64,000 bases of DNA from Planctomycetales bacterium (GCA_037441675.1 JBBIRS010000004.1:30607-94606), one strand, 5' to 3'; counted from the first letter of the stretch, positions 10,216 through 20,953 are shown. Program-made: numbers and translations. Notes: generated by a model from the sequence alone, not told the origin.

Positions 10216-11493
10216 ATGAAACAGGTGAGAAAATATACAAGAAGAGAATTCATATGCGCTGGAGTTAGCCTTGTATCCGGTGTGGTAATAACACCTGCAT
10301 TTCTTTCCAGAACACTTTGGGCTTTGCAAACAAAGGCAAATCCTTTGAAGACCGCACAAGCATTCAGCCAACCTGAGCATATTTTAGTGGTGGTACAACT
10401 TGGTGGTGGTAATGATGGGTTAAACACTGTTATTCCATTCACGGCGGATGAGTATTACAAGAGCCGTGAAACTTTGGCGATACCTCAAAATAATGTATTG
10501 AAATTATCCGACTCTTTGGGCTTAAACCCTGAAATGACTGCAATGAGAGAGCTTTATGAAGATCAAATGTTGGCAGTTATTCAGGGAGTTGGATATCCAA
10601 ATCCTAACCGCTCGCATTTTCGCTCAATGGATATTTGGCATACTGCAAAACCAGAAGATATTTCCGTCTCCACAGGTTGGCTCGGGAGGTTCTTCGACAA
10701 TGCCTGCAAGGGAATGCCTTCGCCATCCGCGGGGGTGCAGTTCGGGGTGGATATTCCGCTTGCCCTAAAGGGCGAAACAAATAAAGTGGTCGCTATCTCC
10801 AACTTGGAAGAAATTGGCTGGAAACCAACCGTTAGCGGAGAAAAGGCGCAGTCAGAACTTGACGCTTTAGATAAGCTTCTAAAGCAGAGAATAATTAAAG
10901 ACGAAACACTCTTCGTAGCACACACGGAGATGGATACACTTCTTACTGCAGAACTGGTTGAGAAGGCAATAAAGAGAGGAATTTCAAATGCGAATTACCC
11001 TGCAACAGAGTTTGGAGAGCAATTAAAAGGGACAGCCATGCTAATCTCCGGCGAATTCCCAGCTATGGTCTATTACGTGCATCTAGGCGGATTTGATACG
11101 CACGCGAATCAAGCTGGAAGGCACAACAACCTTCTTAGGGAGTTTTCGGAAGGAATAAAGGCGTTTTTTACTGATTTGAAAGTAAGCGGACACGGGGGGC
11201 GCGTCATCTGCCTAGTTTTTTCGGAATTTGGAAGAAGATTGGAGGAAAATGCCAGTGGTGGTACAGACCACGGAACGGTGAACCCTGTCTTTCTACTCGG
11301 AGAAAGGGTAAGACCTGGACTTCACGGTAAACCAGCATCCTTGAAACGTGAAGATTTGGACGAAATTGGGGATCCGAAGTTCACCGTGGACTTCAGGCAA
11401 GTTTACGCTACCGTTCTGGAAGATTGGCTAATCGCTGATTCCTTTGGCATACTGGGCTCGCGCTTTAGCAAACTTGACCTAGTGGAAAGTTAA
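10216..11493 (+). CDS. DUF1501-family protein, Tat-like signal
   Basis: TRREF N-terminus; VVVQLGGGNDGLN, NRSHFRSMDIW, GGFDTHANQ, SEFGRR, GTDHG. Confidence 0.92.
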   Translation: MKQVRKYTRREFICAGVSLVSGVVITPAFLSRTLWALQTKANPLKTAQAFSQPEHILVVVQLGGGNDGLNTVIPFTADEYYKSRETLAIPQNNVLKLSDSLGLNPEMTAMRELYEDQMLAVIQGVGYPNPNRSHFRSMDIWHTAKPEDISVSTGWLGRFFDNACKGMPSPSAGVQFGVDIPLALKGETNKVVAISNLEEIGWKPTVSGEKAQSELDALDKLLKQRIIKDETLFVAHTEMDTLLTAELVEKAIKRGISNANYPATEFGEQLKGTAMLISGEFPAMVYYVHLGGFDTHANQAGRHNNLLREFSEGIKAFFTDLKVSGHGGRVICLVFSEFGRRLEENASGGTDHGTVNPVFLLGERVRPGLHGKPASLKREDLDEIGDPKFTVDFRQVYATVLEDWLIADSFGILGSRFSKLDLVES

Positions 11494-12146
11494 TGGCTGA
11501 GCGCTGGCTTTTCTGCGCGTATAACCAAGAAACCACCAGCGCCAAAACCTTCCTTTACGGGCTCAGGCTCGGTCATCTTTTCCGGAGAATTAAACAAGGT
11601 TTGCCATACTTTTACATTTCGAAAGCCAGCTTCCACTGGCTTCTTGCGAAGCTCCGGATACGAGTAAAAACGCGCGTGTCGGTAGATAGAGTTGGCTTCC
11701 TTCTTTTGGTGGTAAAGCTTACCTAATTGCGAGCGTCCATCAATGAAGCCAATGATTATCTTTCCTCCTGGATAAAGAACACGATAAGCCTCCCTCAGCG
11801 CCTTCATCGGATCATCAATAAAGCAGAAAGTCGTCATATAAAGGACTGTGTCATACATATTACTGGGGGTAGAGGAAGCTTTTCCGCGACGCCGGAAATG
11901 ATGTGCATTCCACGCTCTCGCGCTATTTTCGCCATTTCCTGGCTGGGACGGTTCAACTCCATACTCGATAGCAAGAGGAACCGCAAATCGACCGGTTCCC
12001 GCTCCAATTTCAACCGCCATACCAACGCCATTTTCGGAAATTGCCTCCATAAGCGCGGAAAGCTCTATCTCATAAACAGCGGGGTGTTTATCAAACCAAG
12101 CATCATACTCCTTTGCGTGCAATTCAAATGGTTCAGTAACTGCCAT
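11490..12146 (-). CDS. Class I SAM-dependent methyltransferase with two compensating frameshifts (~11945 and ~11865)
   Basis: YDAWF..EIGAGTGRFA..GVEPS; the expected EMAKIARERG..GVAEKLPL segment is in another frame; then CFIDDP..EAYRVL. Confidence 0.8.
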   Translation of the reverse strand: MAVTEPFELHAKEYDAWFDKHPAVYEIELSALMEAISENGVGMAVEIGAGTGRFAVPLAIEYGVEPSQPGNGENSARAWNAHHFRRRGKASSTPSNMYDTVLYMTTFCFIDDPMKALREAYRVLYPGGKIIIGFIDGRSQLGKLYHQKKEANSIYRHARFYSYPELRKKPVEAGFRNVKVWQTLFNSPEKMTEPEPVKEGFGAGGFLVIRAEKPALSH

Positions 12147-12580
12147 AGCAAAGCGAATATTATAGACTAGTTGTTCAAACAAGCAAGGGAGGACAACTGA
12201 TGCCAAATAAGAATTTTTGCGGTGTTTATAAATAAGGACGGAATTGGACGCGGTGATGAAGGACTTGGGCGGGGGCATTTGGCAAAGTTTTTGAAGGAAC
12301 TTTGGGGGCTTGAAAGCAAGAATCAGCGAATTCGCTGTTCACCTTGAACGGAGCTCCTATGTAAGTATCCTAGGCTGGGGTACGTCCCGTATTGAGGAAC
12401 TTATCCCCTATCTTCTTCTTCCCACAAGGGATTATTACGGGCATGCTCAAAATCTTATTCTAGAGGAGATGTTCCCTTGAGCCAATGCCAGAAGTCCTAA
12501 TTTCTCCTTCGAGAGGGCTGACTCGGATCTGATCTTAACAGCGTTAAAAAACTAGTACTTTTTCGGCTTTCCAAATTTCT

Positions 12581-14128
12581 TTACCCGAACCTTATGCCCT
12601 GGGCTAGAGGAAGCTCCGTGCTCCAGTTGATAGTATTTGTCTGTCTGCGCATATAGGCTTTCCAGGCGTCGGAACCGGACTCCCGCCCGCCGCCGGTATC
12701 CTTCTCACCGCCGAACGCCCCTCCAATCTCCGCACCACTTGTCCCGATATTGACATTAGCTATTCCACAGTCGCTCCCAATCGCTGATAGGAAAGTCTGC
12801 GCCTGCATCAAATCGTTCGTGAAAATCGCAGAAGACAGCCCCTGCGGAACGCCGTTATGAAGCGCAATTGCCTCATCAAATTCACGATACTTCAGCAGGT
12901 AAAGTATCGGTGCGAACGTCTCCTCGCAGACTAGTAGCGTCTGGGCGGGCATTTCTATTATGCATGGCGTCACATAACAACCGCCAGGGAACTTTTCGCC
13001 AGCCAATCTTTCACCGCCCCATAGCACTTTCCCACCCTCTTCCTTCGCTCGCTCAATTGCTTTCATCATTATCTCAACCGCTTCAGCACTCACGAGTGGT
13101 CCCATCAACGTTCCTGGCTCAAGGGGATTGCCGATGCGAACTTGCTTGTATGCCATGACAAGCTGGGCTGTGAAATTGTCAAAAATACTCTCGTGAATGA
13201 TAAGTCTGCGGGTAGTTGTGCATCTCTGACCTGCAGTTCCAACCGCGCCGAAAAGCACCGCTCGCAAAGCAAGCTCAAGATTGGCTGATGGGCAAATGAT
13301 AATACCGTTGTTGCCACCAAGCTCAAGAATTGTCCGTCCAAGCCTCCTGCTCACAACCTCCGCGACGTGATGCCCCATCTCGCAGGAGCCCGTGGCGGAG
13401 ACAAGCTTGACACGGCTGTCGTTAATGAGAAGCTCGCCAACATCACCCCCTCTCCCAATCACAAGACTTGCCAAGGCAGGCGAATAGCCGTTCCGCACAA
13501 AAATTTCGGCGCAAATCTTGGTCACCGCAATGGCGGTAAGCGGTGTTAGAGTGCTTGGCTTCCAGATAACTGCATCCCCACAAACCCACGCAAGCGTGCT
13601 GTTCCAACTCCAGACCGCGATTGGGAAATTGAACGCAGTTATTACGCCCACAACGCCGAGCGGATGCCACTGCTCCATCATAAAGTGCCGAGGCCGTTCA
13701 CTGGCGATGGTGAGACCGTAAAGCTGCCGGGAGAGCCCCACCGCAAAATCGCAGATGTCAATCATCTCCTGAACCTCGCCTTCACCTTCCACGAGAATCT
13801 TTCCCATCTCAAGTGTCACGAGCTTGCCAAGTTCTGCTTTCTTCTCCCGAATGGCGTTTCCGATCTGGCGAACAACCTCTCCACGCTTCGGCGCTGGAAC
13901 CATCCGCCAAGTTTCAAATGCAGATTGCGCGGCGGATGCAACCTTCTCGTAATCCTCCGCGCTCGCACCAATAACTCTCGCAAGTTCGCCTCCGTCAATC
14001 GGCGTGGAGACGGATAGTTCCTCGCCACTCGCGAACCATTCGCCGTTGAACGCTCCAAAGTTTATTGGGTCAATCCCAACAGATTGAAGAACGCTATGCG
14101 GGTCAACATCAATTACTTTTGCGTACAT
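12581..14128 (-). CDS. Aldehyde dehydrogenase, ALDH7/piperideine-6-carboxylate dehydrogenase type
   Basis: GEVQEMIDICDFAVGLSRQLYG, ITAFNFP, LELGGNN, GQRCTT, GGGRESGSDAWKAYMRRQT; RBS AAGGAGG. Confidence 0.93.
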   Translation of the reverse strand: MYAKVIDVDPHSVLQSVGIDPINFGAFNGEWFASGEELSVSTPIDGGELARVIGASAEDYEKVASAAQSAFETWRMVPAPKRGEVVRQIGNAIREKKAELGKLVTLEMGKILVEGEGEVQEMIDICDFAVGLSRQLYGLTIASERPRHFMMEQWHPLGVVGVITAFNFPIAVWSWNSTLAWVCGDAVIWKPSTLTPLTAIAVTKICAEIFVRNGYSPALASLVIGRGGDVGELLINDSRVKLVSATGSCEMGHHVAEVVSRRLGRTILELGGNNGIIICPSANLELALRAVLFGAVGTAGQRCTTTRRLIIHESIFDNFTAQLVMAYKQVRIGNPLEPGTLMGPLVSAEAVEIMMKAIERAKEEGGKVLWGGERLAGEKFPGGCYVTPCIIEMPAQTLLVCEETFAPILYLLKYREFDEAIALHNGVPQGLSSAIFTNDLMQAQTFLSAIGSDCGIANVNIGTSGAEIGGAFGGEKDTGGGRESGSDAWKAYMRRQTNTINWSTELPLAQGIRFG

Positions 14129-14411
14129 ATACTTCCTCCTTAGAAGATTTTAGCGCAACCGGGGCGAAGTTTCAGAACTTCCCCTCGAGATCAGAAAGCC
14201 TGATCCCAAGCATTGTCAGGACATGACGTGCTAAGGAACTTGTGTTAGATTATTTGTAGCCTGCCGAGAATTGCAAGTTGAAGGCACGAGAGGGAGGAAA
14301 TAGATGATGGGTAGAAAGAGCTTCTACGGGGAGTTTTTAATTCCACATGCATTTGCGCCTTTGCACTGAGTGCCTCCACCTGCGGCGGAGGAAAGAAACC
14401 AACATGACAGC

Positions 14412-14497
14412 GTGTAGGTCGACCACCGGTGTGTCGCCAAGATGGCGGGGTACAGGTCCCCTACAGGGTGAAGCACTCAGTGTAAATCCGCCCTACA
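14412..14497. repeat. GTAG-type REP-like cluster A
   Basis: TGTAG-GTCGACC-N7-TGTCGCC, inverted GGCGGGGTACAGGTCCCCTACA and CGCCCTACA; similar to clusters at 24.4 and 29.5 kb. Confidence 0.7.
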
Positions 14498-14504
14498 AAG
14501 CCAT

Positions 14505-14828
14505 TTACTCCAAGAGTATCACTAGCGCTCTGGGCGCCCAGACACTGACATCAGCGTATATTCTTATGTAATAGGGAACGCCTAAGTAAATAACAAATGG
14601 GGCTGAGCCAGAGTCATAAACGTAAAAGCGGTAGCCCACAATGTAGGCATAGGGTGAAATGTAGTAGTAGCTTCTGGAAGTTGTAAGGGATGGAAATATT
14701 CCTCCGTGCGAAAACGAGAGCGCAAACCCCGCGCAGGATGACGGAAGAACGATAAACGATGCTAGAGACAAAAAGAGTATCGCCCCCACTGTCAACTTCA
14801 TGACAATTCTTCTAGCCCTTGAGAACAT
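14505..14828 (-). CDS. Small Tyr-rich secreted hypothetical protein
   Basis: Signal-peptide-like N-terminus and GGGAGAA upstream; no family recognised. Confidence 0.4.
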   Translation of the reverse strand: MFSRARRIVMKLTVGAILFLSLASFIVLPSSCAGFALSFSHGGIFPSLTTSRSYYYISPYAYIVGYRFYVYDSGSAPFVIYLGVPYYIRIYADVSVWAPRALVILLE

Positions 14829-14935
14829 TTCAGTTCTCCCTGGAAAATCTCTGAAAATACTCTCATTAGATTATACCGTAAGTTTACGAACATAATCGGT
14901 GCGTGAGCCCGCTTATGCTTAAGGATAATCTAATA

Positions 14936-15820
14936 TTAACTGAGCTCGGCGTCCTCAAATGCTCCGAGCGCAAGTGCTGACCAGTCTAAGTCTGCCCTAC
15001 CCTTTTCTATTGCTGTTTGTAATCTTTCGTGGATGACGTTCAAAAATGGCATGCGCACAGACGCGCTTTGCGCCGTTTCCGTGAGAAGGTTCATATCCTT
15101 AAGCCCTAACGCTAGGCGGAACCCCGCAGGCTCAAAAGCGCGATCAATAATCAAATCGCTGTAACGTTTGTAAATTGGCGCAGGGAAGAGAGTGCTCGTG
15201 TAGAAATCAGCGAGGATACCTGGGGAAATTCCAAACTTCATCCCAATAGCGAACACCTCCGCAAGCTGTTCCTTCACCGCACAAATCATAAAGTTGCCGA
15301 GAAGCTTCACCAGGTTCGCATATCCCACATCCTCGCCAAAATCGTATATTCCCTGCGACAATGGCTTGAGTATTGGCTTTGCGCGCTCCTTTGCAGAAGC
15401 ATCACCAGCAATGCATATCCAAAGCTTGCTTTCCCGCGCATGTTCGGGTCTGCCAAAAACGGGAGCAGACACATAGTAGGCACCGATTCCCCTGTGCTTG
15501 CAAGCAAGTTCTCTAGAAGTAAAGGGAGAGACAGTGCTCATTGAAATATGAATGCCATCCTTTCCCAGTTTTTCCATTAAGCCGCCACTAAGGGTTATCT
15601 CATTTAGCGCAGAGTCATCAGATACCATTGTGATTGCAATTCCTCCAGCTTCAGCAACCTCAGATGGCGTCTTCGCTTCTCTAGCTCCTCTATCGAGAAG
15701 TGGCTTTGCCTTTTCAAAAGTTCGGTTGTAAACAACTAAACTATAGCCGGCCTTGATAAGATTCTCCGCGATGGCAAAACCCATATTACCAGTCCCAATC
15801 AAGCCAATTGCCTTAGGCAT
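14936..15820 (-). CDS. Beta-hydroxyacid dehydrogenase (3-hydroxyisobutyrate dehydrogenase family)
   Basis: IGLIGTGNMG, APVFG, VKLLGNF, LGLKDM; RBS AAGGAGG before MPKAIG. Confidence 0.9.
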   Translation of the reverse strand: MPKAIGLIGTGNMGFAIAENLIKAGYSLVVYNRTFEKAKPLLDRGAREAKTPSEVAEAGGIAITMVSDDSALNEITLSGGLMEKLGKDGIHISMSTVSPFTSRELACKHRGIGAYYVSAPVFGRPEHARESKLWICIAGDASAKERAKPILKPLSQGIYDFGEDVGYANLVKLLGNFMICAVKEQLAEVFAIGMKFGISPGILADFYTSTLFPAPIYKRYSDLIIDRAFEPAGFRLALGLKDMNLLTETAQSASVRMPFLNVIHERLQTAIEKGRADLDWSALALGAFEDAELS

Positions 15821-15972
15821 AACTGCCTCCTTACCACATCTAAAGTCCATATGGAAAATTATTTGCTATGGAAAAGCACTTGCTAGTTCGTTTGATGGTT
15901 CGGACAGAGCCCAAGCGCAATAATTCCTCCTTTGGAATCAAGGCAGGAGATGTCAATCTATAACGATTAGCT

Positions 15973-16908
15973 CTACCCGCTAGGAGTAACCACAAAGTCC
16001 TTGTCGGGATTAGTGCCCTCACTAACCGAGAAGACCGAGCTTTCCGTTTCTTCATAACGGTCATCGTAACGGGCTATGATAATCTTGAAGAGCTTAGAGG
16101 GCCCGATATCCGCTTTGCCAAAACGCATCTCGTACCTGCCGTTTACATCCGTTCGTGTGAAGTTGTGATTGCTAGGATTTTGTGGGTCTGATTCTCCATT
16201 TAGGAAATCATAGGGAACTAAATTGCCATCAAGAACGATGAAGAGAAGTAAATCTACCTCTTGAGCTGGTTCACCACTAGCAGAGCTAACTCTCACAGTG
16301 CCCGTAAGAACCGCAGAAGCCCCACCAGGAAGTCCACTTCCTTCTATCGTCTTTCCGACAAAGATACCTACTTGACCTATTGTGTAAGAGACGCCTGTTG
16401 TTGGAAGAGTTGCAACAGCTCTAACACCGCTTGAATCGACTTCCGCAAATGAATTGCCAAATGGCTCCCACTTAACCGTATCCGAATTGAAACGGTAAAC
16501 TATGAAGCGCGTTCCCTCAGACTCTGTAGATCTAAGAGCCAGAGTGAGCTGAATGTCCTTTTGAATTGCATTAGTTTCACTTGCTGGATTGTTTATCGTG
16601 CAGTAACCCTCAAATAATTGGGTTCCAGTGGGATATGTGTTTGGGTCGCGTTCAACGCCTACGATATTGTCAGAAAAAATTACAATCGTCGTTTGAGTGA
16701 AACTGCCAGCGGGAAAGAACAACTTATTTCCACTGGCAAGCTCTACCGTAATTGCGGCATCAGGTGGAACGCTAACTTCTTTAGTTTCACCTCTTCCGGG
16801 AAGTAGGCCATCCCCATTGCCTCCTCCGCCTCCTCCTCCACAGGAACTTAAAATTCCAACCAACAAAAATAAAAGAATTAAGCTAATCACTTTAACTTTC
16901 ATATACAA
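15973..16908 (-). CDS. Lipoprotein with poly-Gly linker and beta-rich domains
   Basis: LSSC lipobox followed by a Gly run; C-terminal TDVNGRYEM resembles a carboxypeptidase-regulatory-like domain. Confidence 0.75.
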   Translation of the reverse strand: MYMKVKVISLILLFLLVGILSSCGGGGGGGNGDGLLPGRGETKEVSVPPDAAITVELASGNKLFFPAGSFTQTTIVIFSDNIVGVERDPNTYPTGTQLFEGYCTINNPASETNAIQKDIQLTLALRSTESEGTRFIVYRFNSDTVKWEPFGNSFAEVDSSGVRAVATLPTTGVSYTIGQVGIFVGKTIEGSGLPGGASAVLTGTVRVSSASGEPAQEVDLLLFIVLDGNLVPYDFLNGESDPQNPSNHNFTRTDVNGRYEMRFGKADIGPSKLFKIIIARYDDRYEETESSVFSVSEGTNPDKDFVVTPSG

Positions 16909-17304
16909 CTCCAGTTCTCCTTCAGAGTATCTTGAGTTTAACAGTTAAGGCTAGCAAAGTCAATTCTAAAAAGAAGTCCCAAGTTTATGTGAAAGTATTA
17001 TTAGCCCTTGCATCAGGCTAACCCAATCCCAGTAATTTTAGAATTGAGAGAGATGTTTCAATTCTTAAAGAACTAAACGAGAATTTATTGATTTTATTGA
17101 TTTGATTGGCTTCTCACGCCGATAATAAATATCTTCCAAAGCAATCGGAATTATGGGATATCTTAGAATGAGATAATGATAGTTAGAAAGTGTAGATAGT
17201 TAATTAAGTTATAAATGAGACTTTACTATTTATGGTGCTTAGAGTAGGATAATCCATTGCAATAAAAGATTACCCTAACTATTAATATTAAAAGGAGAAC
17301 AAAA

Positions 17305-17745
17305 ATGAAAACATTGATAAATCTGGCAATACTTCTGCTAGCTTTGCTGATAACTCTCTTACCAGCCTGCCAAAAGGATGACCCTAAGCTTAAACAAAGG
17401 GCATTAGAATTTTACCGAAACGCCAAGGACTTCAATTCCATAAAAACGTTCTTAACGCCAGTAATACAGGAAAGCATCCCTGAAAACTTAGGAAAAAATT
17501 TCGCCATTGCAGGAATTCCAATGGATCTTATGGGTGTCCCCTCCGAAATACTAGCGGGATTAGGTCCCGAGGCTATAACAATTAAGAAAAGGGGAAAGTG
17601 GAGCCAGGTCAATGTTACTGTAGATACTCCGACTGGAAGCATTGATGTACCAACAATTTGGGTTCGAGTTGAGGGCGAATGGTACTTATATACTGGGACA
17701 AACGCAGAAATAGATAAGTATGGCAAGGCACCTTACTTCGTGTAA
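17305..17745 (+). CDS. Hypothetical lipoprotein (possibly NTF2-like)
   Basis: RBS AAGGAG; LPAC lipobox; WVRVEGEWY beta-hairpin. Confidence 0.75.
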   Translation: MKTLINLAILLLALLITLLPACQKDDPKLKQRALEFYRNAKDFNSIKTFLTPVIQESIPENLGKNFAIAGIPMDLMGVPSEILAGLGPEAITIKKRGKWSQVNVTVDTPTGSIDVPTIWVRVEGEWYLYTGTNAEIDKYGKAPYFV

Positions 17746-17748
17746 AAA

Positions 17749-18735
17749 GTGGTTAGTAAAGAGCTTAAACTTCTAACTGAGAAAGAATTCATCGGAAGAA
17801 ATGTTTCCATAGGCGAGGGAGTTGTAATAACCAACGCCCATGGCGAGAAATGTTCAGAAATCATCGTTGGTGATAACGTTTATATCGGTGATTTTGTCAG
17901 GATACTCGCCCCAGCTGTATATATTGGGGACTATACGGTAATCCACCAGAGAACAACCATCTACGGTTACTCTCCAATAAGGATTGGGCACTGCTCTTGG
18001 ATTGGGCAGGACGCAATTATAAACTGCACCGGCCCCGTATGGATTGGGGAAGGCGTTACTATTGGCGCGAAAACTACTCTGTGGACACACTTATCAGGTG
18101 GAGATATTCTTCAAGGCTTTAGGCTCGGTAAAGTAAAAGCTAGCTTAATTGGTGATGACACCTGGATAGCACCAGCTGTAACTATCTCTCCAGTTAAAAT
18201 TGGTAAGAAGTGTTGCGTTTTAGCAGGAAGCGTTGTAACAAAGGATTTGGAGGAGAATAGTATTTATGCTGGTGTGCCAGCAGTGGATGTCAAAGAGAAG
18301 CTTGGAGGAATTCCTTATCAGGAACTAAATCTTGATGAAAAGTTCGCCATCATTAGAGATAAGCTAATAGAATTTGACAGGAATTTTAAGGATAGAGGCG
18401 GGGAATTTTCTTCCTTCCCCACAACCTCTGATTGGAGGTCAATTTATTTGGGCAACGCAGGGTCAGCGCACTCATTCACCATTCCTACTGGAGAAGATGA
18501 ATTCCTACTTGGTTCAATTGTTATCACAAAGGGAGCTTGTGAAGAGAGAAATGGCTTTTCTGTATTTTCAGTAAAGGATCGCCTTTACACCAAGAGGCTG
18601 TCCATAGAGGAAATTGCGTTTATGAGGTTTCTTTTGCCAGCTGTAAAGTTTTTCCCACTTAAGGATATCAATAAGAAGCATGTGGCGGAAGTATTTCGTT
18701 CATTATTGCCTGAATTTGGAGCAAAGCTTGATTAA
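17749..18735 (+). CDS. Hexapeptide-repeat (left-handed beta-helix) acyltransferase
   Basis: Repeated IG-x-x-x-x units; AGSVVTKD..AGVPA. Confidence 0.85.
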   Translation: MVSKELKLLTEKEFIGRNVSIGEGVVITNAHGEKCSEIIVGDNVYIGDFVRILAPAVYIGDYTVIHQRTTIYGYSPIRIGHCSWIGQDAIINCTGPVWIGEGVTIGAKTTLWTHLSGGDILQGFRLGKVKASLIGDDTWIAPAVTISPVKIGKKCCVLAGSVVTKDLEENSIYAGVPAVDVKEKLGGIPYQELNLDEKFAIIRDKLIEFDRNFKDRGGEFSSFPTTSDWRSIYLGNAGSAHSFTIPTGEDEFLLGSIVITKGACEERNGFSVFSVKDRLYTKRLSIEEIAFMRFLLPAVKFFPLKDINKKHVAEVFRSLLPEFGAKLD

Positions 18736-18826
18736 AACCGAATAATTATTTTCTTCCAATCTTCCCTTGCCCTATCGCTCAGTTATACTTATAATTGCCT
18801 AAAGCTTCTAAAAGGAAATCGCTAAC

Positions 18827-20248
18827 TTGAGGAGATTTTTTGAAAGTTGGGAAGTAATAATTGGCTTACTCAACATAAATTTTACTCTTATCATAGCTTT
18901 AACAATTTCCTTCGTTACTTTTTGTAAGCTCCCCTTCTACTCAATAGCATCAGAATCAAAAGCTGAAGCTATAAGTAATACCGATAGCCTGCAAAGCTCG
19001 GGGTCCGAGGATGTTTCCAGAGAGCTTGCAGAAATTCCCGCGCCACTTGAAATTTCAGCGAAAGACTTACCGAATGATACTGGTAATTCAATTGTAATTA
19101 CCTGGAGAAGAGTTGAGAACCTACCGGAAGACGTTGCTTTCACACTATACTTTGCGCAAAGTATTGAGGGACCTTTTCGACCTTTGCCTTTCGACTTTAG
19201 CCCAGTGAGAGCTGATGAAAACTTAATGAGCGAAAACTTGCAGTATTTCCCTTACCGCAGAGAAAACGAGAATTACCAGTACATAATCGTTGATTTAACA
19301 AGTTTTCCCACTTCGCCAAAGCAGGAGTACAACCTTAACAGCCTTTACTTCAAGCTGGGTGTAATTAAGAATGGTGAGGTAAGGCTTTTTGATCCCCCAC
19401 TGACCGCAAAGCCTAAAGAGAACTTTTTTGACACAAGCAAAGTTAACACTCTTGTTATGGCAGTGCTATTTATCGTTCTATTGCTTATCCTAATTGAAAC
19501 CGCCAAACGCAAGGACCTTTACCTGAGAAGGATTGCAGGATTAGACGCCATTGATGAAGCTATTGGGCGCGCAACTGAGATGGGTAGACCCATACTTTAC
19601 TTGTGTGGCCTAGACCCAATGACGACTGTATCCACTATTGCTGCCACTAATATCCTAGGGCACGTAGCTAAGCATGTCGCAAAATTTGAAAGTAGAGTGA
19701 AAGTGCCTTGCTTTGATCCTATCGTGATGAGCGTCTGTCAAGAAGTGGTAAGAGAAGCCTTTTATAACGCAGGCAGACCTGACCAACACGACCCGAATGA
19801 TATCTTCTTCCTCACAAACGACCAGTTCAGCTATGTAGCTGCGGTTAATGGTATTATGGCTCGGGAAAAACCTGCTGCAAATTTTTACTTCGGCTACTAT
19901 TACGCAGAAAGTCTTCTACTGGGTGAAGTTGGACAATCCACTGGAGCCATTCAGATTGCAGGCACTGATAGCAACGTTCAGATTCCATTCTTCATCACAA
20001 GCTGTGACTATACCCTAATTGGTGAAGAGCTTTACGCGGCTAGCGCCTACATTTCCCGTGAGCCAAAACTACTTGGCTCAATTAAAGCTAGCGATATGGC
20101 AAAGGCGTTCATTCTTGTTGTCCTGACATTAGGACTCTTATTCTCGCTTGTTTTAATTGCCCTGAAGCCGGTAAACCCAGAAAATACAATGGGACGTGTA
20201 GGTGAGGCTATGGAGTATTACATGGAGATGTTTAACGAACACGCATAG
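18827..20248 (+). CDS. DUF6754-type membrane protein with N-terminal FN3-like domain
   Basis: AKDLPNDTGNSIVITW (FN3-like); LRRIAGLDAIDEAIGRATEMGRP, AESLLL, QIPFFITSCDYTLIGEELYAASAY. Confidence 0.8.
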   Translation: MRRFFESWEVIIGLLNINFTLIIALTISFVTFCKLPFYSIASESKAEAISNTDSLQSSGSEDVSRELAEIPAPLEISAKDLPNDTGNSIVITWRRVENLPEDVAFTLYFAQSIEGPFRPLPFDFSPVRADENLMSENLQYFPYRRENENYQYIIVDLTSFPTSPKQEYNLNSLYFKLGVIKNGEVRLFDPPLTAKPKENFFDTSKVNTLVMAVLFIVLLLILIETAKRKDLYLRRIAGLDAIDEAIGRATEMGRPILYLCGLDPMTTVSTIAATNILGHVAKHVAKFESRVKVPCFDPIVMSVCQEVVREAFYNAGRPDQHDPNDIFFLTNDQFSYVAAVNGIMAREKPAANFYFGYYYAESLLLGEVGQSTGAIQIAGTDSNVQIPFFITSCDYTLIGEELYAASAYISREPKLLGSIKASDMAKAFILVVLTLGLLFSLVLIALKPVNPENTMGRVGEAMEYYMEMFNEHA

Positions 20249-20284
20249 GCTTTACTGAAAGAAGATAATTAAACGGCAATAAAG

Positions 20285-20953
20285 ATGGTTTTCTTAAAAA
20301 AACAGTTTCCGATGATTATTGCCTTTTCAGTGGGCATTCTAATGCTCATCCAGTTCTTTATCCCGAGTAAAGCTTCACAGGCTTTTTATGAAACAATGAA
20401 TCTATGGATACCGGTCATTGGAGGATTTGCACTCCTACTGGGAATAGATTCAGTCGTTGGTACACACATAAAGAAGGTTCAAAAGCTCTCTTCTGGTTAT
20501 GGATACTCACTGGTATTTCTAATTTCTTTTGTCGCAATGAGCGTGTCCTGGATAGTCTGGGGTGGACTAGAAAATACCACGGGTCCGTTTTCCTGGATGT
20601 TCTTCAATATGTTCGTGCCGATGGGCGCGACGATGTTTTCCATCCTCGCATTTTATATAGCTTCAGCAGCGTACAGGAGCTTCCGCGCTAGAACCCCTGA
20701 TGCAACCGTCCTTCTCATATCAGCGGTTATCGTAATGCTCGGACGCGTCCCAATTGGAACTTGGTTAACCTCATCACTAACAAACACAAAACTTTGGTGG
20801 CTCCAGTTTCCCGAAGTTTCTGGCTGGTTATTGAACGTGCTTAACGCAGCAGGGTTTAGAGGAATTCTTTTGGGTGTCGGCTTGGGAATAATCGCTACAT
20901 CAGTTCGCATCATTTTTGGTGTTGAAAAGACTTATATGGGTGGAATGGAATAA
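20285..20953 (+). CDS. Hypothetical multi-pass membrane protein (DUF6754 operon)
   Basis: About 6 hydrophobic helices; ATMFSILAFYIASAAYRSFRAR, LGRVP, RIIFGVE. Confidence 0.85.
   Translation: MVFLKKQFPMIIAFSVGILMLIQFFIPSKASQAFYETMNLWIPVIGGFALLLGIDSVVGTHIKKVQKLSSGYGYSLVFLISFVAMSVSWIVWGGLENTTGPFSWMFFNMFVPMGATMFSILAFYIASAAYRSFRARTPDATVLLISAVIVMLGRVPIGTWLTSSLTNTKLWWLQFPEVSGWLLNVLNAAGFRGILLGVGLGIIATSVRIIFGVEKTYMGGME

Noticed and set aside
12868..14058. Many overlapping short ORFs in the ALDH gene (also in 25202-26520)
   Set aside because: Shadow frames of GC-richer coding sequence with no recognisable motifs
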